A DNA stretch of 32,554 bases from a virus, in the IMG/VR virus record IMGVR_UViG_3300001688_000201; one strand, written 5' to 3'. Below the pieces are notes generated by a model. That model worked only from the letters and a program-made list of their open reading frames with translations, was not told where the DNA came from and ran no database searches. Both the position numbers and the translations under genes were made by a program. Shown piece by piece: positions 1 through 7,451 of this stretch; positions within the stretch are counted from its first letter, which is position 1; the number at the start of each line of letters is the position of its first letter.

Positions 1-88
1 AAAGCCTTCTGCCATAACATCAAAACCATAGGCTTATTATAAAAAGGTGCTTTAGTTAACTTAACGCAGTTTTCCATGAAGTCCATAC
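1..88. repeat. Terminal overlap copy 1, identical to 32467-32554 (circular or circularly assembled genome, unit 32,466 bp)
   Basis: Direct comparison of the two window ends: aaagccttctgccataac...ccatgaagtccatac is present at both. The terL frame continues across the junction. Confidence 0.95.
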
Positions 89-242
89 GCTCATATGCGC
101 CAGATGTATCATAGAAATACCTAGGATCTTCAAGATCTTCTATCAATCTATCTAATTCTTTAATTAATTCTCTTCCTGCTATTATTTTGCCAGATCTAAT
201 AGCTTCTCTGTACTGAATTAAATACCAGTCTTTATTAATCAT
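1..242 (-). CDS. terL: Terminase large subunit, N-terminal segment. Same gene as 31044-32554, joined through the circular junction; full product 554 aa.
   Basis: The ATG at 242-240 overlaps the terS stop (AATGATTAA). Translation MINKDWYLIQYREAIRSGKIIAGRELIKELDRLIEDLEDPRYFYDTSGAYER runs without a stop into MDFMENCVKL, the first residues of ORF 31044-32552. Confidence 0.85.
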   Translation of the reverse strand, partial: MINKDWYLIQYREAIRSGKIIAGRELIKELDRLIEDLEDPRYFYDTSGAYERMDFMENCVKLTKAPFYNKPMVLMLWQKA

Positions 243-555
243 TAGTTTTCTGCAAACGCTGTTCCATGTATTGCCTTAATGGACTTTCTACCGTTTCACT
301 TTCAATCCCTAACGCTCCATTAACAACCTTCAAAGCATTTAGATAAGATTGTGATAGATCTTTGTACTGTTTATAGGCTGGTGTTACTTTTTGTTTAGTT
401 TCATCACCTGGTTTAACTATAATAAAAGGCAAAGTTTTTAAATAATTTAGCTTTCCTTCTAAAAATACTAATTGATCTATCAAAGGATCTATAAGTTTTA
501 ATGTTTCCACGTCAAGAGCTTTACAAATGTCTAGTACTTCTTCTTTTCTATTCAT
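235..555 (-). CDS. terS: Terminase small subunit, P27-family-like (short form)
   Basis: ORF 235-585. SD AAAGGAGA lies 7 nt before the ATG at 555 (MNRKEEV...), so the start was moved inward. It overlaps the terL start and follows an HNH gene, the HNH-TerS-TerL layout of cos phages. The helical ~105-aa protein resembles the C-terminal half of P27-type TerS (recalled pattern, not searched). Confidence 0.55.
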   Translation of the reverse strand: MNRKEEVLDICKALDVETLKLIDPLIDQLVFLEGKLNYLKTLPFIIVKPGDETKQKVTPAYKQYKDLSQSYLNALKVVNGALGIESETVESPLRQYMEQRLQKTND

Positions 556-691
556 TCTTTGTTCTCCTTTCGTGTGTTTTTTCAAACTTTCATTTTTTCA
601 ATCGAAAAATCTCAATTTTTCACTTTCTGCAAGAGAAATGACTCGGTTGCAGTACTCTTCATACTCAATTTTAAAAATTGGAGTGGGGGCA

Positions 692-1366
692 TTAATTACT
701 AAAACTATCAAACCAATCTTTAACATATTTCTTATATTTTTCTGGTCTGTCTTGAACATTCATCAAACATTCATCAATGCTTTTATTAATAAATATTTCT
801 TCTGCTCCTATCGTATTAACAATACGCTCTCTTTCTGCTTCCATTGGATAACCGCCTACTATGTAAGCATTGTTAAAGCGTCCGTTTCTTGTTTTGATCA
901 TATCCAAGATTAGATCTCTAATCATAAAAACATTTTTAGATAACCTCCTGCTGTTCTCATACCTGTTGTTAATAGATATGCACTTATAGATGTTATCTAG
1001 ATCTAATACAAGATCATGTACTCCTGCAACACTCTTTATATAATCACTTTTACCAGCACCAGGCGCTCCATATACTAAATAGATATGCCTAGTACCCTCA
1101 CTACCAAAACGCTCATGTATACGATTATGAGTAGCGTGTGATACTATCTGTATCAAATCTTCATTTAATGAAATATCATAATCATTAACATTACTCTCCG
1201 TTAATACGATTGTATGGTGCAAAATAATATCATACTTATTTACTATCGGCTTTCCTGTGATTTCATCATAAACAAATCCATCATCTGGATTAGTTCTTTT
1301 TAAAATCAAATCTTCTCTAAAGCTCTGCCATTTTTTAGACCTGTAAAAACTGCTTAATGTATACAT
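692..1366 (-). CDS. HNH endonuclease domain fused to a P-loop NTPase/kinase-like domain
   Basis: N-terminal half: YRSKKWQSFREDLILKR ... DIILHHTIVL ... ISLNEDLIQIVSHATHNRIH, an H-N-H beta-beta-alpha-Me pattern that lacks the usual zinc cysteines. C-terminal half: Walker A LVYGAPGAGKSDY followed by a kinase-like region. Sits directly upstream of terS. Confidence 0.6.
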   Translation of the reverse strand: MYTLSSFYRSKKWQSFREDLILKRTNPDDGFVYDEITGKPIVNKYDIILHHTIVLTESNVNDYDISLNEDLIQIVSHATHNRIHERFGSEGTRHIYLVYGAPGAGKSDYIKSVAGVHDLVLDLDNIYKCISINNRYENSRRLSKNVFMIRDLILDMIKTRNGRFNNAYIVGGYPMEAERERIVNTIGAEEIFINKSIDECLMNVQDRPEKYKKYVKDWFDSFSN

Positions 1367-1373
1367 TAGTTAC

Positions 1374-1763
1374 TTAACCTTTATACCCTATGATCCTATT
1401 AACTCTTATTTGATTTCCTGCTTCAAAGTTACCAGTATCAAATGTTTTACCATCATTTACAGTAGCTTTATTGCCTGCAAAAGTAATCATTGCCTTTGCA
1501 ACACTTACAGCTCCAGTACGTGCATCAGCTATAACCATTCTGCTTTTATTTCCCACGCTCGGTAACATTTTTAAACTTGATTGAACCTTTGTACCAGTAA
1601 AAGTAAAAATCACTTCGATTGTTTCATAATTTGTATAAACATCATTTAACGTTAATGTGTATGTGTCTTGTACTGCTTCAACACTATTATCTTTGTATAA
1701 AATTACTCCTTTTGCTTTATCTTCCAACTCTTTTAATCTTTCTTCTAAATCACTTTTAGCCAT
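1374..1763 (-). CDS. Hypothetical protein with a short N-terminal coiled coil and a beta-rich domain (129 aa)
   Basis: ORF 1374-1820. SD GGTGGAGG precedes the ATG at 1763 (MAKSDLEERLKELEDKAKG...), so the upstream 19 codons are probably not translated. The beta-rich C-terminus ends in RIIGYKG, and the shape resembles a receptor-binding head. No family recognised. Confidence 0.5.
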   Translation of the reverse strand: MAKSDLEERLKELEDKAKGVILYKDNSVEAVQDTYTLTLNDVYTNYETIEVIFTFTGTKVQSSLKMLPSVGNKSRMVIADARTGAVSVAKAMITFAGNKATVNDGKTFDTGNFEAGNQIRVNRIIGYKG

Positions 1764-1832
1764 TACCTCCACCTTACAAAAGTTCTTGCAAAAGCCATAT
1801 ACTATATCATGTACCGCCATAAAATAAACCTC

Positions 1833-2318
1833 CTAAAAAATTTGCTCTTCTTTAATTTTCTTATTTAATTCAAATTCTTTCTTTTTAATTTCTAATTCCG
1901 CTGGATTGTTGCTGTATCTATCTTTCGCCCAATTCTTTAGTAAAAACTGCGCACAAGCTACAGAAGGCTGTATATAAACTTCTTCTTCATAAAATTCTAT
2001 ACGCTCTGTTTCTTTTAATCTTTTACCATTTTCATATACAACTTCTTTTAGCTTCATGGCTTTTTTTATTGTTTTAGTAAAGCCTAAAGCACTCCTAAAC
2101 ATAGCTTGTTCAAGATCTTGAATAGCTTTTCCCCTGGACTCTTTAACAAGTGACGAAAAAGACGCTATTTTTCTTTTGTGCGTTTTCCAGGTAGTGTAGG
2201 AGATACCTAAATATTTAGCTACCTCCTTCTCACTTGTTCCTTTTGCTAAAAGTTCTTTAATTTCTTCTAATCTAGGCAATATGACTTCATCATATTTATT
2301 CTTTCTGCCACGTGACAT
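1833..2318 (-). CDS. TerS-like HTH DNA-binding protein (second terminase-small-subunit-type gene)
   Basis: MSRGRKNKYDEVILPRLEEIKELLAKGTSEKEVAKYLGISYTTWKTHKRK ... AQFLLKNWAKDRY matches the recalled pattern of HTH-type phage small terminases (GRP.KY ... G.S...IA..LGIS..T ... WLKNR.P..W). Confidence 0.45.
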   Translation of the reverse strand: MSRGRKNKYDEVILPRLEEIKELLAKGTSEKEVAKYLGISYTTWKTHKRKIASFSSLVKESRGKAIQDLEQAMFRSALGFTKTIKKAMKLKEVVYENGKRLKETERIEFYEEEVYIQPSVACAQFLLKNWAKDRYSNNPAELEIKKKEFELNKKIKEEQIF

Positions 2319-2327
2319 AGTACATCA

Positions 2328-3293
2328 CTACGCTTTAATTAATTTTCCTTGTCTTAACAAAGAACATAACTGTTCATTTTGTGAAGCAGTACCAGAATAA
2401 TTAGCAATTCCATTTACTCTAGCAATTAATTTTCTATGACTAATGCTACTGTCAACACCGATAGCTTTTAAACCGTCTACAATAGACTTACTGTTAGTTG
2501 CAGGGTAATAGTTAACTTGATTAGTTGTTCCTGCACCTAAAACCTCTCTAATATCACCATCATTAACCCAGCATAAACCATCATCTAATAGATAAGGGTT
2601 TTTAGTTCCGTTTTTAATTTTGGTAATAATTCCATAATTACGAGCCATGTTAGTAGCTAAAATAGCTTCGCTGTTTGGAGCTGTTGAAGATTTATAACAA
2701 GTACTAAAGCGTACCTTTTGACCAACTGCATATTTATTTTGTCCTGGATCAGGTGTAGGCTGCGGATTAGGAGCAATATTATTTGTATCTACGATAGCGT
2801 TATAAATAGCTTCTGCCAGCTTTTGTGCGCCTAACTGTTTATATTTGTTAGCGTCCTCTGTATCTACAAAACAGCACTCAACCAAAATTGATTTAGCTTT
2901 TGTTTTATGCACTACATATAACCCCGAACCATCTTTGACACCACGATTTTTAAAGCCCAGCGCTGAAATATTAGCGCATACTTCTAAAGCGTCTGTAAAT
3001 TGTCTACCTTTGTATGTATAAACTTCTACTCCTTGACCGCCACCAGCATTAAAGTGAATAGAAATAAAATAATCTAATGTTTTATTGTTTGCTAAATTAA
3101 CCGCTTCTTTTAAATAAGCATTTTGTGAGTTAGCTCTATCAATAGTACAGTTAATAACTTCATGACCATTAGATCTTAATAAACTAATTAAAGCATTTCC
3201 TACTTCTCTTGTTTCCACGCTCTCACTGATAATTCCTACTGCCCCAGATCCTGGACCAGCAACAGTATGACCACAATTAATACCAAACTTCAT
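2328..3293 (-). CDS. Endolysin: N-acetylmuramoyl-L-alanine amidase (Amidase_3 type) with C-terminal wall-binding modules
   Basis: KFGINCGHT ... DYFISIHFNAGGGQGVEVY ... ILVECCFVD are the zinc-amidase motifs. The C-terminus has an SH3-like stretch plus a ~50-aa module (SIVDGLKAIGVDSS...IANYSGTASQNEQLCSLLRQGKL) that is common at the ends of Firmicute phage lysins. Follows the holin genes. Confidence 0.85.
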   Translation of the reverse strand: MKFGINCGHTVAGPGSGAVGIISESVETREVGNALISLLRSNGHEVINCTIDRANSQNAYLKEAVNLANNKTLDYFISIHFNAGGGQGVEVYTYKGRQFTDALEVCANISALGFKNRGVKDGSGLYVVHKTKAKSILVECCFVDTEDANKYKQLGAQKLAEAIYNAIVDTNNIAPNPQPTPDPGQNKYAVGQKVRFSTCYKSSTAPNSEAILATNMARNYGIITKIKNGTKNPYLLDDGLCWVNDGDIREVLGAGTTNQVNYYPATNSKSIVDGLKAIGVDSSISHRKLIARVNGIANYSGTASQNEQLCSLLRQGKLIKA

Positions 3294-3294
3294 T

Positions 3295-3597
3295 TTAATT
3301 TTCTCCTTTATTTTTTAATAAGTTACAATCATCTATCTTGTTTAATCTAAGCTCATGCAGATTGACAACTTTGTTTAAATTGTCTATCTCTTCACCGTGC
3401 TTATTAATTCTTCGATCTCTAATTTGATCGCTTTCTTTCATGTTTTCGATTGCTACAGTTAGCTTTACAATATTAATATTTAATTCATCAATAGGCTTTT
3501 TTTCTCTTTCAGCATTGTTTTTAACAGTTACATAAACACCGACAATAGCAATCAAGCAAGCTAGAACCATTCCTAAAACTGTGTAATAATCAATCAT
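3295..3597 (-). CDS. Lysis-cassette membrane protein with an N-terminal TM helix and a coiled coil (holin accessory, XhlA-like role)
   Basis: N-terminal hydrophobic helix VLGMVLACLIAIVGVYVTV followed by a charged coiled coil. Sandwiched between holin and amidase with 1-nt spacing. SD GGAGAA precedes the downstream amidase. Confidence 0.45.
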   Translation of the reverse strand: MIDYYTVLGMVLACLIAIVGVYVTVKNNAEREKKPIDELNINIVKLTVAIENMKESDQIRDRRINKHGEEIDNLNKVVNLHELRLNKIDDCNLLKNKGEN

Positions 3598-3608
3598 TTT
3601 TAATACTC

Positions 3609-3857
3609 CTATGTTTTTTCATTCGTTCTAATAAGTTGATCTAACCCAGTAGAAGCTAAGCCAGAAGCTAAACCACCTAGAATAACTTCGGGTGTAAATG
3701 CACCCATTACCCAAACATTAACTACCACTCCTGCAACTGCTACGATTGTAGGAATGTATTTGTTATCTACATCATTGATCCATTTTTTTACGATATAACC
3801 GATACAAAAACACGTCGCTAATGTAATAGGCACAATATAATCTTGTAAAATTTCCAT
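3609..3857 (-). CDS. Holin
   Basis: 82 aa with 2-3 hydrophobic helices (ITLATCFCIGYIV, IPTIVAVAGVVVNVWVMGAF, ILGGLASGLASTGL) and a charged C-terminus. Strong SD GAAGGAGG. First gene of the lysis cassette. Confidence 0.65.
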   Translation of the reverse strand: MEILQDYIVPITLATCFCIGYIVKKWINDVDNKYIPTIVAVAGVVVNVWVMGAFTPEVILGGLASGLASTGLDQLIRTNEKT

Positions 3858-3920
3858 ATAAAACCTCCTTCGTTCATATAAAAATCATACTTCTTTCCTT
3901 GTTATTTTTTTACCTCACAT

Positions 3921-3950
3921 TTTTCGCATTTTTTTCGCACGATTTTCGCA
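3921..3950 (-). promoter_or_regulatory. Three tandem 11-bp-spaced TGCGAAAA repeats (minus-strand sense) upstream of the holin gene; candidate late promoter or activator site
   Basis: The plus strand has ttttcgca at 3921, 3932 and 3943, an exact 11-bp phasing. The repeats lie between the sigma-like regulator gene and the first late gene. Confidence 0.4.
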
Positions 3951-3997
3951 CCTAATATTTTTTAATAACGTCCTTTAAACACAAAAAAAGGACTTTT

Positions 3998-4324
3998 TTA
4001 TAAAGCCCTATCACCATAAATTATTATTGCTAATCTTCTAATTATTCTTCTTCTCTGTCTGTATAAAGTACTTTTATCTATTCCTAAATCTTCTTGTGTT
4101 CTTTCATACGTATAACCATTTACATATAAATTTGTAATGATCCCTATATATTCATCATCTTTTATTAAGTCTATAACTCTATCCATAAAAGCCATAACAC
4201 TTCTATACTCTTTATTTATTTCTTTTCCTATTTTTAAATCTCTATAGGTTTTTAATAAATAAACTACTTTTTCATATGGTGTACGATTTTTTAATACAGT
4301 TTCTACAATCTCTAACGCTTCCAT
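3998..4324 (-). CDS. Late-gene transcriptional regulator, sigma-70 region-4 / ArpU-RinA-like
   Basis: The C-terminal segment YTYERTQEDLGIDKSTLYRQRRRIIRRLAIIIYG is a region-4-type HTH. The protein is 108 aa and sits in the lambda Q position, directly upstream of the lysis and packaging genes. Confidence 0.55.
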   Translation of the reverse strand: MEALEIVETVLKNRTPYEKVVYLLKTYRDLKIGKEINKEYRSVMAFMDRVIDLIKDDEYIGIITNLYVNGYTYERTQEDLGIDKSTLYRQRRRIIRRLAIIIYGDRAL

Positions 4325-4408
4325 TTATAACCCTTTCCCTATTTTAAATTTACATATACTTATTAAGCTAAAGATAGGTTAATTTTACTGTATAGCTTCT
4401 TAGCAGCA

Positions 4409-4678
4409 CTATTTTAGCTCCGTAAAATATTTATCCAGATCTTTTCTTTTTAATTTTAAAACATTTCGGTATTTTCTTATGTCTCCATCTAGATTAATTG
4501 ATCTGGCAATTAATATATTTCCTCCTCTATCAACGATTTTATCCCATTTATATACTTTTCCTTTTTCTATTTTAATCAGCCTTGATAATCCGTTTTTTAG
4601 TTTTTTAGGTACTAATATATCTTTATTTAATTTATACACTGACAGATTAATAATCTCTGTTTCTGGCTCATTCATCAT
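4409..4678 (-). CDS. Hypothetical protein (89 aa)
   Basis: Its ATGATG start overlaps the stop of the upstream gene (GATGATGAATGA junction). No motif recognised. Confidence 0.6.
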   Translation of the reverse strand: MMNEPETEIINLSVYKLNKDILVPKKLKNGLSRLIKIEKGKVYKWDKIVDRGGNILIARSINLDGDIRKYRNVLKLKRKDLDKYFTELK

Positions 4679-4976
4679 CTTTCACTTCCTTAACGCTTCT
4701 TTCATTTTCAAAATAAACTCCTCCAACTTTTTCAAAATTTCTAGCGTGTTCAATATTGCTAGTATGCTTACAATAATCATCTATACAACTTTCACACGCT
4801 AAACAATCACATAAATATACTGTTTTTTTCTTGTTATTAAAATGTTCATTAATTAGCTGTTCAAAGATACACAATTCTTCTTCATACGGATTATAAATAC
4901 TGTTGCCATCAATCTTTACAGTACCATCAGCTATATACTGAAATGCGTTTCTACATACTTCTTCTGTCAATTTCAT
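4668..4976 (-). CDS. Hypothetical Cys-rich protein (102 aa)
   Basis: The cluster YLCDCLACESCIDDYCKH suggests a metal-binding knuckle. SD AAAGAAAGG precedes the ATG. Confidence 0.6.
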   Translation of the reverse strand: MKLTEEVCRNAFQYIADGTVKIDGNSIYNPYEEELCIFEQLINEHFNNKKKTVYLCDCLACESCIDDYCKHTSNIEHARNFEKVGGVYFENERSVKEVKDDE

Positions 4977-5011
4977 TATTTTACTTTGCCTTTCTTTTAT
5001 TTATCAGTTTT

Positions 5012-5428
5012 TCATTTTCTTTTACTTTTTAATTCCATAACATACTGTTTTATTGTTAAATGCATACTTTCTAAATCTGAAATAATGCAGTTCAATAACT
5101 CCTTTATTAATTCATCTGCTGATAATCTACAATCTAAACAATAATGATTGCTTGAATAAGGCAAATCAAAAAGAATATAAATCTTATCCTCTTTAGCTTC
5201 CCACGCTTTAATTTCAACATCATCAAATTTATTTTTTTTATCTTTAAAATAGCTCCAAACAATACTCATATTTTTATCAACATCATTAAAACTTGGTGTT
5301 TCTTTTTTTAAATTTATATGTACTTCTTCCATGCCCTTAATTCCAACCGAAGCTATTTCATATCCCTCTTTTTTTCTTTGATCAATCCATCTAGAAATAT
5401 GTTCTAATGCGTTCTCTTTATTCATCAT
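5012..5428 (-). CDS. Hypothetical protein (138 aa)
   Basis: Start overlaps the upstream stop (GAAGATGATGAATAA junction). No motif recognised. Confidence 0.6.
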   Translation of the reverse strand: MMNKENALEHISRWIDQRKKEGYEIASVGIKGMEEVHINLKKETPSFNDVDKNMSIVWSYFKDKKNKFDDVEIKAWEAKEDKIYILFDLPYSSNHYCLDCRLSADELIKELLNCIISDLESMHLTIKQYVMELKSKRK

Positions 5429-5765
5429 CTTCCACTCCTCTTAATTCTCCTTCTTCTATATAATTTGTTATATTTTCTGGACTCTTTATATACCCTAGCT
5501 GATTGATTGATAATTTCCCCTGTTTTGTATAACTATGAAATTCATATTGATAAGGAGCAATAAAACTATATCCATTACTTCTAATTAATATTTTTCCTTT
5601 TTTCCATTCCTTCTTATTTCTAGTCCACACATAAAATTCAACCTCTTTATCTAATCCATTTTTTTCTAAAAATTCTTCATATACTTTATATTGAATTTTG
5701 TTAAATTCGTTTATTTGTTCCCATAATTCTTTTTCTTTGATTTTCAATTCTTGTAAATTCTCCAT
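5418..5765 (-). CDS. Hypothetical protein (115 aa)
   Basis: ORF 5418-5864. SD AGAGGAGTGG precedes the ATG at 5765 (MENLQELKIKEKE...), so the longer N-terminus is probably spurious. Confidence 0.55.
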   Translation of the reverse strand: MENLQELKIKEKELWEQINEFNKIQYKVYEEFLEKNGLDKEVEFYVWTRNKKEWKKGKILIRSNGYSFIAPYQYEFHSYTKQGKLSINQLGYIKSPENITNYIEEGELRGVEDDE

Positions 5766-5904
5766 GTTTTCCACTCCTCTTACTGTGTATTTACTATCAA
5801 AATAACCCTGTATTATTTCGATTGGAGTTATCACTCTAAACCCTAGTAATACCAATGTTTTCAAGCTGTTTCACTAATAAAAAACTTTTGATACTTTTTT
5901 ACTG

Positions 5905-6093
5905 TTATAAATCATATACTTTATACATTCGCATTTGTTCTCTTGGTATTCTTTTTACTGTTTCTATACCTTTTTCTTTTTCTTCATCACTATCAAAATA
6001 TGTAAATTCAATTTCTTCATCATATACTTGTATATCTTTTACATTGAATAAACATAAATCATCTATATAAAACATTATTATTTTTGCTTTCAT
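5905..6093 (-). CDS. Hypothetical protein (62 aa)
   Basis: SD GAAAGGAAGAG upstream of the ATG. Minus-strand operon context. Confidence 0.55.
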   Translation of the reverse strand: MKAKIIMFYIDDLCLFNVKDIQVYDEEIEFTYFDSDEEKEKGIETVKRIPREQMRMYKVYDL

Positions 6094-6099
6094 TGTTTG

Positions 6100-6303
6100 C
6101 TACTCTTCCTTTCTTTCATATCTGTTACAGCATGGCAAATCTTCATCTATTAACTCGTATAGTTCTAGTTCTAATAAATCTCTTATTATAATTTCTTTTA
6201 AGGTACATTTATAACACTTTTCACCATTTGTCATGGCAAACTTTCTCATTGGAACTTTTGATCTATGTATACAATCTTTCATAGTGCATATTACATCTGT
6301 CAT
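6100..6303 (-). CDS. Hypothetical Cys-rich small protein (67 aa)
   Basis: The protein carries a CxxxxCxH ... CxxC ... CC pattern. SD GAGGGAGG precedes the ATG. Confidence 0.55.
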   Translation of the reverse strand: MTDVICTMKDCIHRSKVPMRKFAMTNGEKCYKCTLKEIIIRDLLELELYELIDEDLPCCNRYERKEE

Positions 6304-6428
6304 GGTTCGCTAACCTCCCTCATTAAATTAATAAGATAATAAAATGCTAAAGATGGTCTTATAATCTCTGCTAATTTTAAAAACCTATGACATACTAACC
6401 ATTTAACTATTTTTCTTTTCACCACTTT

Positions 6429-6635
6429 CTAAATCACTTCGATCATTTTTCTAATATTTTCAACTGCTTCATTTTCAATATCTTTAATTTCATTCGTCAT
6501 TTTTATAATTTGTTTATTGTGTTTTTCTTCGATAATTTGATTTAAACAAATTAATATATTAAATGCTTCCTGTGCGTAATCTCTTATTTTTTGCTGTGTT
6601 TGCAATTCGTTAAACTCTTCATAAGTTACTTTCAT
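6429..6635 (-). CDS. Hypothetical helical protein (68 aa)
   Basis: SD GAAAGGATAG lies upstream of the ATG. Operon context. Confidence 0.55.
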   Translation of the reverse strand: MKVTYEEFNELQTQQKIRDYAQEAFNILICLNQIIEEKHNKQIIKMTNEIKDIENEAVENIRKMIEVI

Positions 6636-6641
6636 TGTTTT

Positions 6642-6875
6642 CTATCCTTTCAAATATTTCTTTATTTTTTTTCTTTCTTTTTTATTAACTCCTCTAAACA
6701 ATAATTTTCTTAATATCTTCTTCTTTTTTCTAGGCATTTTTTTAGATTTATTAAAACTATCCTCTATAAAAAATGCCCTTAATCTATATTGATCTTTGAA
6801 TGTTATTGCTACTCCAGTACAATCTACACCTATCGAGTAATCAATACCTATTTTTAAACAGTTTCTTACTTTCAT
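6642..6875 (-). CDS. Hypothetical protein with a Lys/Arg-rich C-terminal tail (77 aa)
   Basis: SD TAGGAGCG lies upstream of the ATG. The C-terminus KKMPRKKKKILRKLLFRGVNKKERKKIKKYLKG resembles a nucleic-acid-binding tail. Confidence 0.55.
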   Translation of the reverse strand: MKVRNCLKIGIDYSIGVDCTGVAITFKDQYRLRAFFIEDSFNKSKKMPRKKKKILRKLLFRGVNKKERKKIKKYLKG

Positions 6876-6908
6876 ATTTATAAATACGCTCCTATATCTG
6901 GTCTTAGT

Positions 6909-7094
6909 TTAATTCCCAATACAACGTAATCCTTTGTTATCAAATTCTTCTAATACAATTAGATCACCAACTTCAAAACCTCTATCATTAAATCTAATTT
7001 CAAATTTTTTAACTTCCGCTATAACATCTTTAAAATAATTAGGTCTAATCTTTAAATTATGTACATTCATTTTTTTTGCCTTCTTTCTATTCAT
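6909..7094 (-). CDS. ASCH/PUA-like DUF3850-type protein, apparently short or truncated
   Basis: MNVHNLKIRPNYFKDVIAEVKKFEIRFNDRGFEVGDLIVLEEF matches the recalled DUF3850 N-terminal pattern (H.LKI.P.YF......K.FEIR.NDR.F.VGD.L.L.E). An alternative start is the ATG at 7070. See the finding on its C-terminus. Confidence 0.45.
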   Translation of the reverse strand: MNRKKAKKMNVHNLKIRPNYFKDVIAEVKKFEIRFNDRGFEVGDLIVLEEFDNKGLRCIGN

Positions 7095-7272
7095 CTTCTA
7101 CAACATAATACTTACCGTCTAAAATACCGTTGAATGTCAGCCAGCTAGATAAATAGTTATGCCTTATATTTAACAGTCTTACTAATTCATCACTGTACAT
7201 TGAACCGCATACTAATGTAATATCGTTAATATCCAACAATAAAAAATGTTGTTTTGGTCTACCCGTTGCCAT
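7087..7272 (-). CDS. Hypothetical protein (61 aa)
   Basis: SD TAGGAGC lies upstream of the ATG. Its stop overlaps the next start (GAAGATGAATAG). Confidence 0.55.
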   Translation of the reverse strand: MATGRPKQHFLLLDINDITLVCGSMYSDELVRLLNIRHNYLSSWLTFNGILDGKYYVVEDE

Positions 7273-7284
7273 ATTTAAAAGCTC

Positions 7285-7437
7285 CTAGAATAATATAACT
7301 TCTTTAACTTTTTCTTCTTCTAAAGTTATTTCATCTTTAAAATACTGTTTAATTACATTTTCTGCTTCTACTTTTGTAAAGTTGAATGTTGCCATAAAAT
7401 ACTTAGTTAATAGTTCTTTCTTCCATTCTTCGCTCAT
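7285..7437 (-). CDS. Small hypothetical protein (50 aa, below the ORF-track cut-off)
   Basis: Hand translation gives MSEEWKKELLTKYFMATFNFTKVEAENVIKQYFKDEITLEEEKVKEVILF, with a strong SD AAGGAG 7 nt upstream. It fills the gap between the methyltransferase and the next ORF. Confidence 0.5.
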   Translation of the reverse strand: MSEEWKKELLTKYFMATFNFTKVEAENVIKQYFKDEITLEEEKVKEVILF

Positions 7438-7451
7438 TTTTAACTCCTTCT

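Noticed and set aside
5766-5864. N-terminal extensions in the ORF track, including 5766-5864, 1764-1820, 556-585, 18104-18118, 23586-23603, 31029-31034, 13963-13971 and 16570-16575
   Set aside because: These extensions start at TTG/GTG or distant ATG codons without an SD. In each case a strong SD sits 5-9 nt before an internal start, so the shorter coordinates were reported.
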